From: a virus
Taxonomy: Duplodnaviria > Heunggongvirae > Uroviricota > Caudoviricetes
IMG/VR virus record: IMGVR_UViG_3300031088_000799
DNA: 64,000 nucleotides
Reading direction: 5' to 3' (one strand)
The translations under genes and the position numbers were made by a program. Each line of letters begins with the position of its first letter. The stretch's first letter is position 1. Positions 28,994 through 39,587 of this stretch are shown piece after piece. The notes under the pieces were generated by a model, which was not told where the DNA came from, did no database searches, and was given only the letters and a program-made list of their open reading frames with translations.

Positions 28994-29731
28994 TTAAAAT
29001 CGGCTCATATCATAAACACTTAACATTCTCTCTGAATCTTCTTTAAATTTTTGATACAATTCAATCCAATCATTGCAGTCAAAAAATTCTCCAAAATTTT
29101 CATCATCAATGCTTAAGAAAAACATTTTAGCAAAAAGTAAAGCCTCAGATGGTTCTTTAATGGCATAAATGTCATTAAAAAAAGTGTTATAAAGCGTTAC
29201 TGAATTGGTGTAATAGGTTTTTTGCGTGGTAAAAATGTTTGGACTATCAAAATATTGAAAACTAACACCAATATCAATCAATTTCCCTTCTGCATTAAAA
29301 CTCAAAGTAGGATTGAGGCGAGTAACGATATCAGAACGATCCAAGACAAAATCTGACAGTTCTTTAAAATTAGCAAAATAAGAAAAAACTTGATGATTTT
29401 TAACTAAATTAATTAAAATAGAATTATTAACATTATCAAATTCAAAATCTATTTTGTTTAATATTAACTGTTCATTTTCTATTAACACTGCAGATAACTT
29501 TAATTCAATATCATCACAAACAGACGCTTCATCATCAATTAATTTATAAGATGGCGTATAAAGATAAGTTTTATCCTTATCTTTTAAACGAAAGAGTTCT
29601 TTATTTTTAGGATCTTTACAATAAGAATGGTTAGATAACCCAATGCGATGGACAAGTTCTGGAAACTTTTCCATAATATCATTTTCTAATTGTTGCTTAA
29701 TAAAGGAATCCATTGTTTTTTTAGTTGTCAT
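28994..29731 (-). CDS. hypothetical protein, C-terminal motif family
   Basis: Ends LSVYDMSRF; ATGA overlap with the upstream gene. Confidence 0.8.
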   Translation of the reverse strand: MTTKKTMDSFIKQQLENDIMEKFPELVHRIGLSNHSYCKDPKNKELFRLKDKDKTYLYTPSYKLIDDEASVCDDIELKLSAVLIENEQLILNKIDFEFDNVNNSILINLVKNHQVFSYFANFKELSDFVLDRSDIVTRLNPTLSFNAEGKLIDIGVSFQYFDSPNIFTTQKTYYTNSVTLYNTFFNDIYAIKEPSEALLFAKMFFLSIDDENFGEFFDCNDWIELYQKFKEDSERMLSVYDMSRF

Positions 29732-30627
29732 ATTTTCATCATCTCAAAAGTAGTTAAAGACACTGTGTACAGTTCAAAAATTTCGTCATCATTCATCAGA
29801 AAAATATCGTTAATAAAATCATTTTCCTCCATAAATGCCATGAACGTCTTAATTTGGACACCTTCTAACATAATCAATACTTTTAAATGATTCTCATTAA
29901 AAGAATCAAAATTTAAAACCTTTCTAAATACTATACGGCTAATCTTTTCATAAAAAGATACAAAAAGCTTCTGTTTAATCAATTGCTTAAACTGATGGCA
30001 GTAATTGTCAATTTCACTAACAGGAACCTTAACAACCACTGGGTGTTGACCAGAGGATTTAGGAGCATTAAAATAAAACATGTCATCTAAAACATAATAC
30101 GAAAACTTCATGAATTCGTTATCAATATGCCCACTACCATAGTTAGACATAACCGTATATAGATTATATTGGCCATCTTCGTTAACAAAAATAGCTTTAT
30201 TGAAAATAACTCTATCAACAGAGTGAGCTTGTTCATAAATAGCAGGATATTTTAAGGTGTCTGGTCTACGAAAATTTAATAAACCTTTCTTAAAAATCCG
30301 AACTTTATCAGAATCAAACTGAAAATGAGCTTTAAAATCAGTATCGGCTGGGATAATACAAAATTCTATTAAAGCTTCAAAATAAAGGGTTAAAATTTTA
30401 TGGTGGATTTCATCTGAAACAGAATCAATCGTAAACATTTGATTTAAGTGTTCAGTAATGATTTTACGAGTAAGCAGAGAATCGGCACAAATGCGATTAT
30501 CCATTAATTTGAAAGGAACAGAACCACCCCAACGGTGGATAAATTCATTAGTTTCTAAAAAAGCATGACCATACTTTTTATAGTAGTCAGAAAGTTGTAG
30601 ACTTTTTGAATAATTGTATAGTTGCAT
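29728..30627 (-). CDS. hypothetical protein, C-terminal motif family
   Basis: Start refined to MQLYN after GAGG; ends LTTFEMMKI; internal motif-like HLKVLIMLEG. Confidence 0.8.
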   Translation of the reverse strand: MQLYNYSKSLQLSDYYKKYGHAFLETNEFIHRWGGSVPFKLMDNRICADSLLTRKIITEHLNQMFTIDSVSDEIHHKILTLYFEALIEFCIIPADTDFKAHFQFDSDKVRIFKKGLLNFRRPDTLKYPAIYEQAHSVDRVIFNKAIFVNEDGQYNLYTVMSNYGSGHIDNEFMKFSYYVLDDMFYFNAPKSSGQHPVVVKVPVSEIDNYCHQFKQLIKQKLFVSFYEKISRIVFRKVLNFDSFNENHLKVLIMLEGVQIKTFMAFMEENDFINDIFLMNDDEIFELYTVSLTTFEMMKI

Positions 30628-30682
30628 GGTTAACCTCTCAAAATTTGAAAGATTATAGCACACAACTAACAATATATCAAGA

Positions 30683-31264
30683 TTACTCTTTTGGTAGTGC
30701 CGCCTCTTTAACAACAAACTGACGACTGCCATTCCATGCATTAGTTTGTGGATCAATACGGACTAATGTATAAACTTCTGGGAAATCACTGTCTATCATT
30801 TTGTTAACTTCAAAAGTAGGTTCACTACCAATATCAACATCAAAATTAATTTTTGTAACTTTAAAACCCGGATCTACATTGATCACGGTAGGCTCATCCA
30901 TAAAATTACCAAAATTTTGACCATCAAATTTAGGCTTCTCACCTAACTCTTTGACTTCATTAATACAAGCTATGCTGTGCTGTACCTTTCCAAAATAAGG
31001 TTTTTTAGTCACACAAATAAATTCAAATAAATCATCAGGATGGCGTTCTCGAAAAGATACAACAGTATCTTTTAATCCATGTAGATTCATTTCAATAGCA
31101 GTAACCTTCTTTTCAGGTGTGATATCAATAAATTGAGTATCAAGACCTTGAACATTATAGGCAGGTTTAAAGTTGTCTGCAGAGGTTTCTGCATTAGCAG
31201 TCAATGTGAGACTGGCAGCAAAGCATATTAACATACTTTTGCGAAGTAAAGATATTGCATTCAT
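30683..31264 (-). CDS. secreted hypothetical protein
   Basis: Signal peptide ending LTANA; two internally similar halves. Confidence 0.75.
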   Translation of the reverse strand: MNAISLLRKSMLICFAASLTLTANAETSADNFKPAYNVQGLDTQFIDITPEKKVTAIEMNLHGLKDTVVSFRERHPDDLFEFICVTKKPYFGKVQHSIACINEVKELGEKPKFDGQNFGNFMDEPTVINVDPGFKVTKINFDVDIGSEPTFEVNKMIDSDFPEVYTLVRIDPQTNAWNGSRQFVVKEAALPKE

Positions 31265-31328
31265 AAACGGCTCCAATTCATATAATTTTTATATCATATC
31301 AAAAAAAAATATTAAGTAAAGAAAAGCC

Positions 31329-31357
31329 TTGATTATTCTCATTAAACTCGTTATAAT
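31329..31357 (+). promoter_or_regulatory. sigma70-type promoter
   Basis: TTGATT-17-TATAAT. Confidence 0.65.
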
Positions 31358-31382
31358 AGGCAAATATTAAAGAGGAAAAGAT

Positions 31383-31427
31383 ATGTTTTTCAAATATACA
31401 TTAAAGGTGATAGTAGACAAATATTAA
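31383..31427 (+). CDS. putative aromatic-rich leader peptide MFFKYTLKVIVDKY
   Basis: GAGGA SD; lies between the promoter and 31449-32060. Confidence 0.4.
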   Translation: MFFKYTLKVIVDKY

Positions 31428-31448
31428 ATTAATTTAATAGGAGTCTAT

Positions 31449-32060
31449 ATGAAAACAGAAGTTATTTACCTTATGAATAAAGATGGTGTTGTTGACATTT
31501 ATCAAAATAAGGCTGAAGCATTTACTAAATTAGGATATAATTTCATTGTTTATAGCCTAGCTCTTGAAATTGCAGCACCAGAAAGCGACGACTTCTGGAA
31601 AGCATTTCGCAATCGTCAAATTGCTAGAAAAAAGAACGTGAAACTAGGCAAAACTTATGGTGAGCTTTACAAGCAACTCAATGGTTATGGTGAAATAAAA
31701 GTTTTTGGTGATTTTGTTCTCAGAAATGAATACAACGAAAAACTATCTGCTCTTGATTTTGCTCAATTTATTTTTAAAGCAAAAAAAGAGTTCACTTATA
31801 CACCTTATGGTCAAAAGTTCTGGAACGGAGAAGGGCCAGTGCCATTGACTGGAAAACTTGGGCGTTATTGTTATCGCCGCCGTCCAAAAACATTGAACAT
31901 TATCAAAGATGCTCTCAGTGGAAGAGACGAAGATGAAATTGAATTTAATGTCATCAATCGCAGAGCCAAGCGTAGAATTACGACTTCTTGGGATGATAGA
32001 GGCCGTAGCGACTGGCGTGATAGAAGCTGGAAAAGACACCGTAAAACTCAATATAAATAA
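31449..32060 (+). CDS. hypothetical protein with basic SWK..RKxQY tail
   Basis: GPVPLTGK..RRPKT..SWDD..RSWKRHRKTQYK; AGGAG SD. Confidence 0.8.
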   Translation: MKTEVIYLMNKDGVVDIYQNKAEAFTKLGYNFIVYSLALEIAAPESDDFWKAFRNRQIARKKNVKLGKTYGELYKQLNGYGEIKVFGDFVLRNEYNEKLSALDFAQFIFKAKKEFTYTPYGQKFWNGEGPVPLTGKLGRYCYRRRPKTLNIIKDALSGRDEDEIEFNVINRRAKRRITTSWDDRGRSDWRDRSWKRHRKTQYK

Positions 32061-32083
32061 GCCACAGAAATGTGGCTTTTTTT
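32059..32083 (+). terminator. intrinsic terminator
   Basis: AAGCCACA-GAAA-TGTGGCTT plus T run. Confidence 0.75.
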
Positions 32084-32111
32084 ATAATATTTTAAATAAA
32101 AAAAATAACAG

Positions 32112-33002
32112 TTAGATAACTGCCATATCATAAATCTTCATATGTTCAGATGTAAGTTGTTCATCTTCATTTAAAATAGACATTGAAATTAATTCTTGAA
32201 CAAAAGTATATTTTGGATAATGCAATAAAACAGATTCATAAACAAAGTTATAAATGAAGTTTACATCATATTCTTCATTATTTTTTAAAACTTCTCGGTA
32301 TTTTTTAATCTTAGCATCATCATAACTGACAATATCAACAGTATATTGTTCTTCATAAAAATCATAATGGGCAATAACCCTGAAACAATCACCCATAAAT
32401 ACATCAAGAACATAACCACCAGCCGCTTCATAATGATTATAAATATTTAGACTAAATTTATTAGTAACAAATTCTTGTTTCTCAGGATCATCATTAAACA
32501 TCATGGTGAAATAAACAAGTCCATCCCGTACAATTGCTTTATACACATAATCATAAACGTGATCTTCAATTTCAATGAAATCTAACACTTGTTTTCCATA
32601 TTCATGAAGGAAATGTAATTTAACTTTAAAACAGTTAACACTTTTCATAAATTGATTGACCTGATCATTAATGGCCTCACCTAAATGAATAAAGCAATCA
32701 TTACTATAATAACTTTCCATTAATGTAGTAAGCCCTTTCTTACGCTCTCCCTCTTTATCATCTTGGGCTGAGTGTGTCATAAATAAGCTTTTGTGTTTAA
32801 ATGTATTCACCAATAGACCATCATGAAATATGTATACTAAAAGATATGAAGGTTCCTTATTGGCATCCATAAGAATAACAGTATCAGTATGTTTACTAGT
32901 CAAATAATAAACACGGTCAGAATAGCCCATCAATGAACGTTCATTCTCGTAGGCAACATGCTTTAAATTAATATGAGGATATAGTGATTTTAACGTGCTC
33001 AT
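32112..33002 (-). CDS. hypothetical protein, paralog of 33069-33917; C-terminal motif family
   Basis: Ends MSILNEDEQLTSEHMKIYDMAVI. Confidence 0.8.
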   Translation of the reverse strand: MSTLKSLYPHINLKHVAYENERSLMGYSDRVYYLTSKHTDTVILMDANKEPSYLLVYIFHDGLLVNTFKHKSLFMTHSAQDDKEGERKKGLTTLMESYYSNDCFIHLGEAINDQVNQFMKSVNCFKVKLHFLHEYGKQVLDFIEIEDHVYDYVYKAIVRDGLVYFTMMFNDDPEKQEFVTNKFSLNIYNHYEAAGGYVLDVFMGDCFRVIAHYDFYEEQYTVDIVSYDDAKIKKYREVLKNNEEYDVNFIYNFVYESVLLHYPKYTFVQELISMSILNEDEQLTSEHMKIYDMAVI

Positions 33003-33068
33003 TGAAAACCCTTGTGACTTTAATATTGGCTTAATTATAACATATTTTAATTTTTTCTTCAAGAAATA

Positions 33069-33917
33069 TTAAATCATTGCCATTTCGTATAAATAGATAT
33101 GTTCAAGTGTTAACTGTTCATCAGCTTGAAGAATGGACATATCCAATAATGTTTCTAAAAATTTTTCAATTGGTTCATGAATGATTTCATTTTCAAAGAC
33201 AAAGTTAAAAATGAATTCTTCATCATAACCAAGAACATTTATTTTTTTATAAAAATGAGAAGATTTTTTAAGATCATAATCACCAGTAACTGTCAGGCCA
33301 TCAATTATGTAATGCTTATGATCTGGATAATAATGCGATTCAATTAATCTAGACTGAGATTGAAATATATTAATTATTTCACCAGAAGGTGATGTATATT
33401 CACCATAATCTCGCAGATAAAAATTATTAATTAATAGTGAATGTCTTAATGGAAGATCCTTCTTAGGATTATTGAAATAAATATTATTATTACGAACAAT
33501 AGCATGATATGGAATCTTATCCGATTCATCAATAATAAGAAGGAATTTAGTATCATTATAAATAGAGACAGTATCAAAAATACGAATATCATAAGAATTT
33601 GCATACCTCATAAAATATCTTATTTTTTTACTGATATCTTTATTTAAATGTGTGCAACAATCATGTTTATACGCTTCTTTTAAAAAATCAGTTTCATTAG
33701 TTTTGTTTTTATCTTCACGACATGAAAGTCTACGTTTATCTACTAATACATTATCAATAAAAGTTAATATTTTAGATTGAGCATAAATAAGGATTGTACT
33801 ATTTAATTTACTCACAAAATAATACTTGTAATCACTTATACCAATAAAACAATTTTCATCATCATAATAAGGTTTTGTAAAATCTAATTTTGGAAAAAGT
33901 GATTGTAATGTTAACAT
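33069..33917 (-). CDS. hypothetical protein, paralog of 32112-33002; C-terminal motif family
   Basis: Ends MSILQADEQLTLEHIYLYEMAMI. Confidence 0.8.
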   Translation of the reverse strand: MLTLQSLFPKLDFTKPYYDDENCFIGISDYKYYFVSKLNSTILIYAQSKILTFIDNVLVDKRRLSCREDKNKTNETDFLKEAYKHDCCTHLNKDISKKIRYFMRYANSYDIRIFDTVSIYNDTKFLLIIDESDKIPYHAIVRNNNIYFNNPKKDLPLRHSLLINNFYLRDYGEYTSPSGEIINIFQSQSRLIESHYYPDHKHYIIDGLTVTGDYDLKKSSHFYKKINVLGYDEEFIFNFVFENEIIHEPIEKFLETLLDMSILQADEQLTLEHIYLYEMAMI

Positions 33918-33980
33918 AAAATTTCCTTTATTTAGAATAATAAACCCACCGAGTGGGTTTTATTAAATATTAAACTACGA

Positions 33981-35528
33981 TTAAATACCACCCAGTTTTC
34001 TTAAAACATTCTCATAATATTGAATGTTCTCCTTACTTTCAATTTGATCATACCCCCAAAAACCATGTTTAAATCGATCTACAACTAAAGTAATATACTC
34101 ACGAAGTGGTTTGCCAACAATGCACACATCACCTTTCTCAATCATCATATCCAACACTTCTGGAATAATAACATCATTAGTCAACGCAATTGCAATATTG
34201 GTATCTACATTTGAAAAGTCTGCGTAATTAAAGATAGCTTTTCTAACTTGTGATTTTACAAATTCACTTTCATAAAATTCTTTATTTGCAATAGAGTTTG
34301 CATAACAAATACACGCCGCATACATTTCATTTAGTTTTTCAAATTTTGATTCAAGTTGACCAATAGAATGAAGGAAATAAACAAAAGCTGCGTTAGCTCT
34401 ATAAGTTTCTTTGCTAAAATCATAGTTAGCATTATCCAAAAGATACTGGCTATAATTAAATGTGCAATCTTTACCAAACAAAATAGCATCACGCCACACA
34501 GTATTGGCTTCACCTTTTTCATCTACAGCCATATTTGGAGTGTGTTTAACCAAAACTTTAAAACATTCTGGTAAATCATTATTCACACAATATGAATGCA
34601 GTGAAATTCGATTAATGAGCAAACCGAGATCTAAACCATCAGTAATGGCTTCATCAAGAGCCTGTGCGTTATCATTCTTAACAAGACTGCAAAATAATTC
34701 GGGTGTTGATTCTAATTGTCGCTTAATTGTGCTTTTCGCCGGTACGATTACTTCTTTCTCGACTGATGTTTCAGCAATTTTATGTTTAGTAGCCTCTTCA
34801 AAAGTAGCCCCTTCTAGATAAGTAAAAGTCTCCATAACATCTTTTAGTAAACATTGATCATTATGAGAGTCATATTTGAATCCTTGCTTAGCCATCATTG
34901 TTACAAATTCTTTAATACTGGTTGGTCTATCATAGTAGAATCCAAACACACATTCCATTTCTTCACCAAAATTACGAGAGAAGAATGGCGAAAGAAGTGA
35001 ATGCAAATGTTGATCATAGTCAGGATAATCATTAGGTGAAATATAAATGACAAACTGTGTAAACTTTGCATTAATGTCTAAATTTGAATTGGCATATTCC
35101 ATTTCATCATCATCTTCACCTTCTTCTGAAGAAAATGAATAAGTGAACTGAGAAGGAATTGCAAAGAATCCATCTTCTGTCGGTCTTGGCGGATGATAAT
35201 CATCCATATAATTAGAAACAATATTGGCAGCATTTGAACGATCATCCTCACTAAATGTTTTCAAGAAAATTTCGTGAGTGCCTAATGTCACGGCAGGAGC
35301 ATTAACGTTAGCGGATGCCAATTTGTTGGCTGCATTTTTTTTGAAAAAGCTAAGAACTCCGTTTACTTCAACAAGTGATACATTACCTACGTCTGGGTTA
35401 CTGAAATCACGACACCAATCACCTGCATCATTTTTATATTTACGTTCCCGTTTCCAAAGAGCACGTTTACTGTTCGAAAACTTTTTGGTTAGAAAATCTT
35501 TGCAATCTTCAGTCGAAATGTTGGACAT
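33981..35528 (-). CDS. multidomain hypothetical protein with possible ankyrin-like helical repeats
   Basis: LVKNDNAQALDEAITDG / YCVNNDLPECFKVLVKH resemble degenerate ankyrin repeats; AGGAG SD. Confidence 0.6.
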   Translation of the reverse strand: MSNISTEDCKDFLTKKFSNSKRALWKRERKYKNDAGDWCRDFSNPDVGNVSLVEVNGVLSFFKKNAANKLASANVNAPAVTLGTHEIFLKTFSEDDRSNAANIVSNYMDDYHPPRPTEDGFFAIPSQFTYSFSSEEGEDDDEMEYANSNLDINAKFTQFVIYISPNDYPDYDQHLHSLLSPFFSRNFGEEMECVFGFYYDRPTSIKEFVTMMAKQGFKYDSHNDQCLLKDVMETFTYLEGATFEEATKHKIAETSVEKEVIVPAKSTIKRQLESTPELFCSLVKNDNAQALDEAITDGLDLGLLINRISLHSYCVNNDLPECFKVLVKHTPNMAVDEKGEANTVWRDAILFGKDCTFNYSQYLLDNANYDFSKETYRANAAFVYFLHSIGQLESKFEKLNEMYAACICYANSIANKEFYESEFVKSQVRKAIFNYADFSNVDTNIAIALTNDVIIPEVLDMMIEKGDVCIVGKPLREYITLVVDRFKHGFWGYDQIESKENIQYYENVLRKLGGI

Positions 35529-35682
35529 TATGAAACTCCTATAAATATGCATAAATAATAGCAAAAAATTGACATGCAGTCAATGTTATTTGAGCTTTAA
35601 AAGGCACATGTTTATACATTTAAAATTTGATTATTAAGTGATTTTTTGCTATTATATCACTACTTTTATTAGGAGAAAACCA

Positions 35683-36015
35683 ATGCATTATAGTATTGAA
35701 AATGAAAAAAAGACCGTCACTAAAGCACAATTTATTATTCTTGGTCTTGTAGTCGCATTTCTAATGGTTATTGTCTTTGCTAAAGATTTTATTCAATTTC
35801 AACATTTGACAGATTCTCCATATAAAACGCCTTGGTATTCAAATGACTTTACTGAACCTTATACTACACTTCGTTTAGCTTTGGCTGATAAGACTCATGT
35901 TACTGAATATTGGACAAAAAATGCTATTGGTTCACAAAGTTGGTTTGTTCGAGAAGTCGCTATTGGTGATACCAAATTCTGGACCATATTAGAACGTGTT
36001 GAATTGGAAAACTAA
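35683..36015 (+). CDS. membrane-anchored hypothetical protein
   Basis: One TM; AGGAG SD. Confidence 0.7.
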   Translation: MHYSIENEKKTVTKAQFIILGLVVAFLMVIVFAKDFIQFQHLTDSPYKTPWYSNDFTEPYTTLRLALADKTHVTEYWTKNAIGSQSWFVREVAIGDTKFWTILERVELEN

Positions 36016-36054
36016 AAATACTAAAAAAAAGGACTTGGCTATCCTTTTTTATTT

Positions 36055-36891
36055 TCAAACCTTTAACATGGCTTGAACTGTAAAAAGATCTTTAATTTCT
36101 TCTGCGGTCAATGTTTTAAATTCTTTCAGAGTATAATGCACTACCCCAGATGACTTTAATGAGGTATATAAACTTTTGTAAAGACATTTTTCTACATAAA
36201 CTTTAAAACGATCTAAACTAATATATTGACCATAATCCATTAAGATAAAAGGATTATTTTCATCAAGTGAAACAAAGAATGAATACTGTCCCATAGCACC
36301 TAATGAACATTTCAGTTGCATGACAAAACCAGAGCGAGAATCATGCCTATCGACTGCATTAAAATAGCCAATGACACCATTAAAAGAAGTCTTGACATCA
36401 CCTAGGCTTATTTCAAACGGATAATTAATTTTAGTATCATTAAAAATGGTATGCAATCCATTAATATTAAACGTATAACTCGATTCAAGTGGACCTTCTT
36501 TTGCATAACGAATTTTACCATCCTGCCAATTCAATCCTTCCAAATTAATTTTTTCTATAGGTTGCTTTATAAAATAAGACTTATAAGCAACATCAGAAAG
36601 CGATTGCACAACCTCAGACAAGTAATCAAAATTAATACTATAATTACAATGAAGTGCCATCAATCCTTCAAAAAGTGATTCAATACGATCACCAGCCATA
36701 CATAAAATATGGAAACCAATCCGTCCTAAATCAATAAATCGAATTTGTAAAGGTGGCTGAGTCGATTTTAACATTTTGTATATATTTTGAGTGTAGACCT
36801 TAAAATTATCTGGACCTAAATCATCTTGAAGTGTTTTGATAACAGTATCAAGTGAATTCATTTTTTTAGCATCGGATATATGAACATTCAT
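36055..36891 (-). CDS. hypothetical protein, C-terminal motif family
   Basis: Ends TLKEFKTL..FTVQAMLKV; similar to 44698-45501. Confidence 0.8.
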   Translation of the reverse strand: MNVHISDAKKMNSLDTVIKTLQDDLGPDNFKVYTQNIYKMLKSTQPPLQIRFIDLGRIGFHILCMAGDRIESLFEGLMALHCNYSINFDYLSEVVQSLSDVAYKSYFIKQPIEKINLEGLNWQDGKIRYAKEGPLESSYTFNINGLHTIFNDTKINYPFEISLGDVKTSFNGVIGYFNAVDRHDSRSGFVMQLKCSLGAMGQYSFFVSLDENNPFILMDYGQYISLDRFKVYVEKCLYKSLYTSLKSSGVVHYTLKEFKTLTAEEIKDLFTVQAMLKV

Positions 36892-37664
36892 TAAATTTTC
36901 ACCATTTCCTTAACTTGTTTAAATTCAGCAATACGACTAAAAATATCCTTAGCATTTTCAGGTGTAATTGAACCATAACCATAATCAATATCATCAAGCA
37001 ACGGCTTAATAATTTCATTGAGTATTGCACAAGCCAATATTTTACAATCTTGATTGCGATCAACCATTATATGAGATTTTTTACCAAAATCGGTTGAACA
37101 TATTAAATCATCCTCAATCACATAAAAATGAATATTCTGATTAATATGGAAGCCCTGCAGTAAACTATCAAAATGAACTTTGATGTGTTCAGACAGATAC
37201 TTATTATCAAATTTGATAAAGTCGCCAATGACATAAAAGTATTCAGTATGTGATTGAGAAGTATAATAATTAAAACAATAATTTTTTTGATTTCGAACAT
37301 GATGTTCACGAATAGAATCTGCAATGACTTGTTCTGATGGTGTAATACATTCAATCAAATAGGCGACTGTTTTTGCAATATACCTAGATTGTGCATCATT
37401 AAATGATTTTACAGAAGAAAACAAATCAACAAAGTTTCGACGTGGACATGCACGGGTATGCACTTTATGAATGCGAATACCTTTATGAGCAATTTCATTT
37501 ATTTGACTTAACCAATATTCACCCTTAGTCAAATATTTATGTTTAAGACAATAGGTTACATTTTTTGAAAAATCATCTTCTGGTTCAATGTCCATATCCT
37601 TATTAGCAACTGAACAGATTTCTTTTCTTAGCTCTGTTGTCCATTCTTCTGCAGTGACTGTCAT
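36891..37664 (-). CDS. hypothetical protein, C-terminal motif family
   Basis: Start refined to MTVTA; ends KQVKEMVKI. Confidence 0.75.
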   Translation of the reverse strand: MTVTAEEWTTELRKEICSVANKDMDIEPEDDFSKNVTYCLKHKYLTKGEYWLSQINEIAHKGIRIHKVHTRACPRRNFVDLFSSVKSFNDAQSRYIAKTVAYLIECITPSEQVIADSIREHHVRNQKNYCFNYYTSQSHTEYFYVIGDFIKFDNKYLSEHIKVHFDSLLQGFHINQNIHFYVIEDDLICSTDFGKKSHIMVDRNQDCKILACAILNEIIKPLLDDIDYGYGSITPENAKDIFSRIAEFKQVKEMVKI

Positions 37665-37781
37665 AGATAACCTCATCATAAAATTATGACTAATTATAGC
37701 AAATTTTTCACAAAATGACAAACGTTAATTGACTAAATTAAAAATAATGTAAAACTAATATTATTTTAAAAGGAGTTAGCA

Positions 37782-38696
37782 ATGAGCCAAATATTACTGA
37801 AGGAAATTAACAAATATAACAATAGTTTTGGATATTTTAATCGAAGTAAAAGAATGGCCTATTCATCAAATGAAATCTATATTGGAGAAGGTGAAAAGAA
37901 AAAACCAATTGTACTAAAATCTGATGAATGTCGAGGTTTTGTATCTTTATATGGTTGTGTTGAAAAAATGAAAACTATTTATCTAAATATTCTTATGCAA
38001 TCAATTGAGTCAGGAGTTCCGTTTACCTTTGTGAATACCCTATTTGATCCAGATGAATTAGAAGATTTAATTAGCTTTAAAGTTTCAACGATCTATTATT
38101 CTTATCCTATTTATAATGTAGAAAAAGAAGATATAGGACAATCTGATGTTACTATTCTTTCAAGAGAAGCATCATTTCTTCTTCATTTTCATGATCATAC
38201 TAAGCAAGAAGCAATAAATTTAAAAAATGAATATGGAAAATCACTCTTCAAAAATTACGTGCAAAATACCCCTGCACAAAATAATTCATTTAAAAATAAG
38301 CACAGCATTCTAATCATAGCCAGTGATTTAGCAGATCTGACAATATCTCCTACTTTTGCCTCACAAAGCCGTGGATTTGGTCTTTATATTTTTAGCTCTA
38401 ATAATGAACTTGATTATACAAAGTTAGCTAACTCAATGACAGCTATCTTGTTAAATGATAACAATGATTTAATGAAGTATAAAGAAATTATCAATATCTT
38501 TGCCATAATAAATAGTAAAGTAATTAACCATTTAATCACGATAAAAGAAAATATTGAAATAAAAGAAAATATGGATATTATTAATAAATCTAACATAGAT
38601 TATAAAGATGATTATGTTTTTAGATCACTTAATAAAAATGATGCAGCTAATCAAGAAAAATTCTTTAAATTAAAAATGATAAAAAAATTCTACTAG
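37782..38696 (+). CDS. degenerate VirD4/TraD/DotL-like coupling-protein derivative
   Basis: GFVSLYGCVEKMKT..QSIESGVPFTFVN (eroded Walker A context) and FASQSRGFGLYIF (AQARSLG-like). Confidence 0.4.
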   Translation: MSQILLKEINKYNNSFGYFNRSKRMAYSSNEIYIGEGEKKKPIVLKSDECRGFVSLYGCVEKMKTIYLNILMQSIESGVPFTFVNTLFDPDELEDLISFKVSTIYYSYPIYNVEKEDIGQSDVTILSREASFLLHFHDHTKQEAINLKNEYGKSLFKNYVQNTPAQNNSFKNKHSILIIASDLADLTISPTFASQSRGFGLYIFSSNNELDYTKLANSMTAILLNDNNDLMKYKEIINIFAIINSKVINHLITIKENIEIKENMDIINKSNIDYKDDYVFRSLNKNDAANQEKFFKLKMIKKFY

Positions 38697-39451
38697 TACA
38701 GTAGAATTTTAATTAATTCGGCTGTTCCTTCGTCCATAACAGTTTTACGTGTGGCCAAAGAATCGACATCAAAGTGTATATCTGGCAATAACCTTTTTAT
38801 TGTGTGAATTGATACATTCTTTCCACAAACGGAATAGTTCATGATGGAAACTCCTTTTCTATTATTAAAAGCAACTTCGGACAAATAAAATTCTTGTGAA
38901 TTTTCCCCTACTGGGTAGTATTCCTTACACACTTCTGTATAAATATTATAATGATCAGAAAAAGATGTCTTTTCAATAAATCCATCGGTATGTTTAAAGA
39001 ATATCATGGGGTTTGCATTATAGATTTCACTGTACACATATAAAAAAGGTTTTTTACCATTACTCATATTACTTTTATTATCTTGAATTGCTTTCATGCT
39101 GACATAGTAGAACGACTCACCTTCCGATTTTAATTCAAAATCTGCGAAAAATAATTCAATAGTTTTATTTTTATAGTTTTTCAAATAACTAAATTCTGCT
39201 TTTTCATTTTTAATATTATGTTTCTGCAAGAAAGATTGAGTGGCAGATAAAGGCTGCAAGGAATCATTACGAACAAATCCAATTTCACTAAGTAAGCAAA
39301 GTTGATTGGCAGCAATCATAAAACTATTTTTTGATCGAACAATCAATCTTTCAAGAATTTTAAGCTCATTTTCTTTATCATAGCCATTTTTCAAAATGAG
39401 ATCTTTATCTGATAAAAAATATTTTGTCTTGCCAACAGTTTCGTAATCCAT
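38693..39451 (-). CDS. hypothetical protein, C-terminal motif family (I at -4)
   Basis: GGAGG SD; ends AELIKILLY. Confidence 0.75.
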   Translation of the reverse strand: MDYETVGKTKYFLSDKDLILKNGYDKENELKILERLIVRSKNSFMIAANQLCLLSEIGFVRNDSLQPLSATQSFLQKHNIKNEKAEFSYLKNYKNKTIELFFADFELKSEGESFYYVSMKAIQDNKSNMSNGKKPFLYVYSEIYNANPMIFFKHTDGFIEKTSFSDHYNIYTEVCKEYYPVGENSQEFYLSEVAFNNRKGVSIMNYSVCGKNVSIHTIKRLLPDIHFDVDSLATRKTVMDEGTAELIKILLY

Positions 39452-39587
39452 AGTACCTCCTAGGCCATTACTATAACACAATAACACAAAAATAAAAATG
39501 AAAAAATAAACAAAATCATAAAGCTTTCTTTTTATATTTTAATATTATGGTATAATATAATAAATTAAATCAATAATTAGGTAAGAT

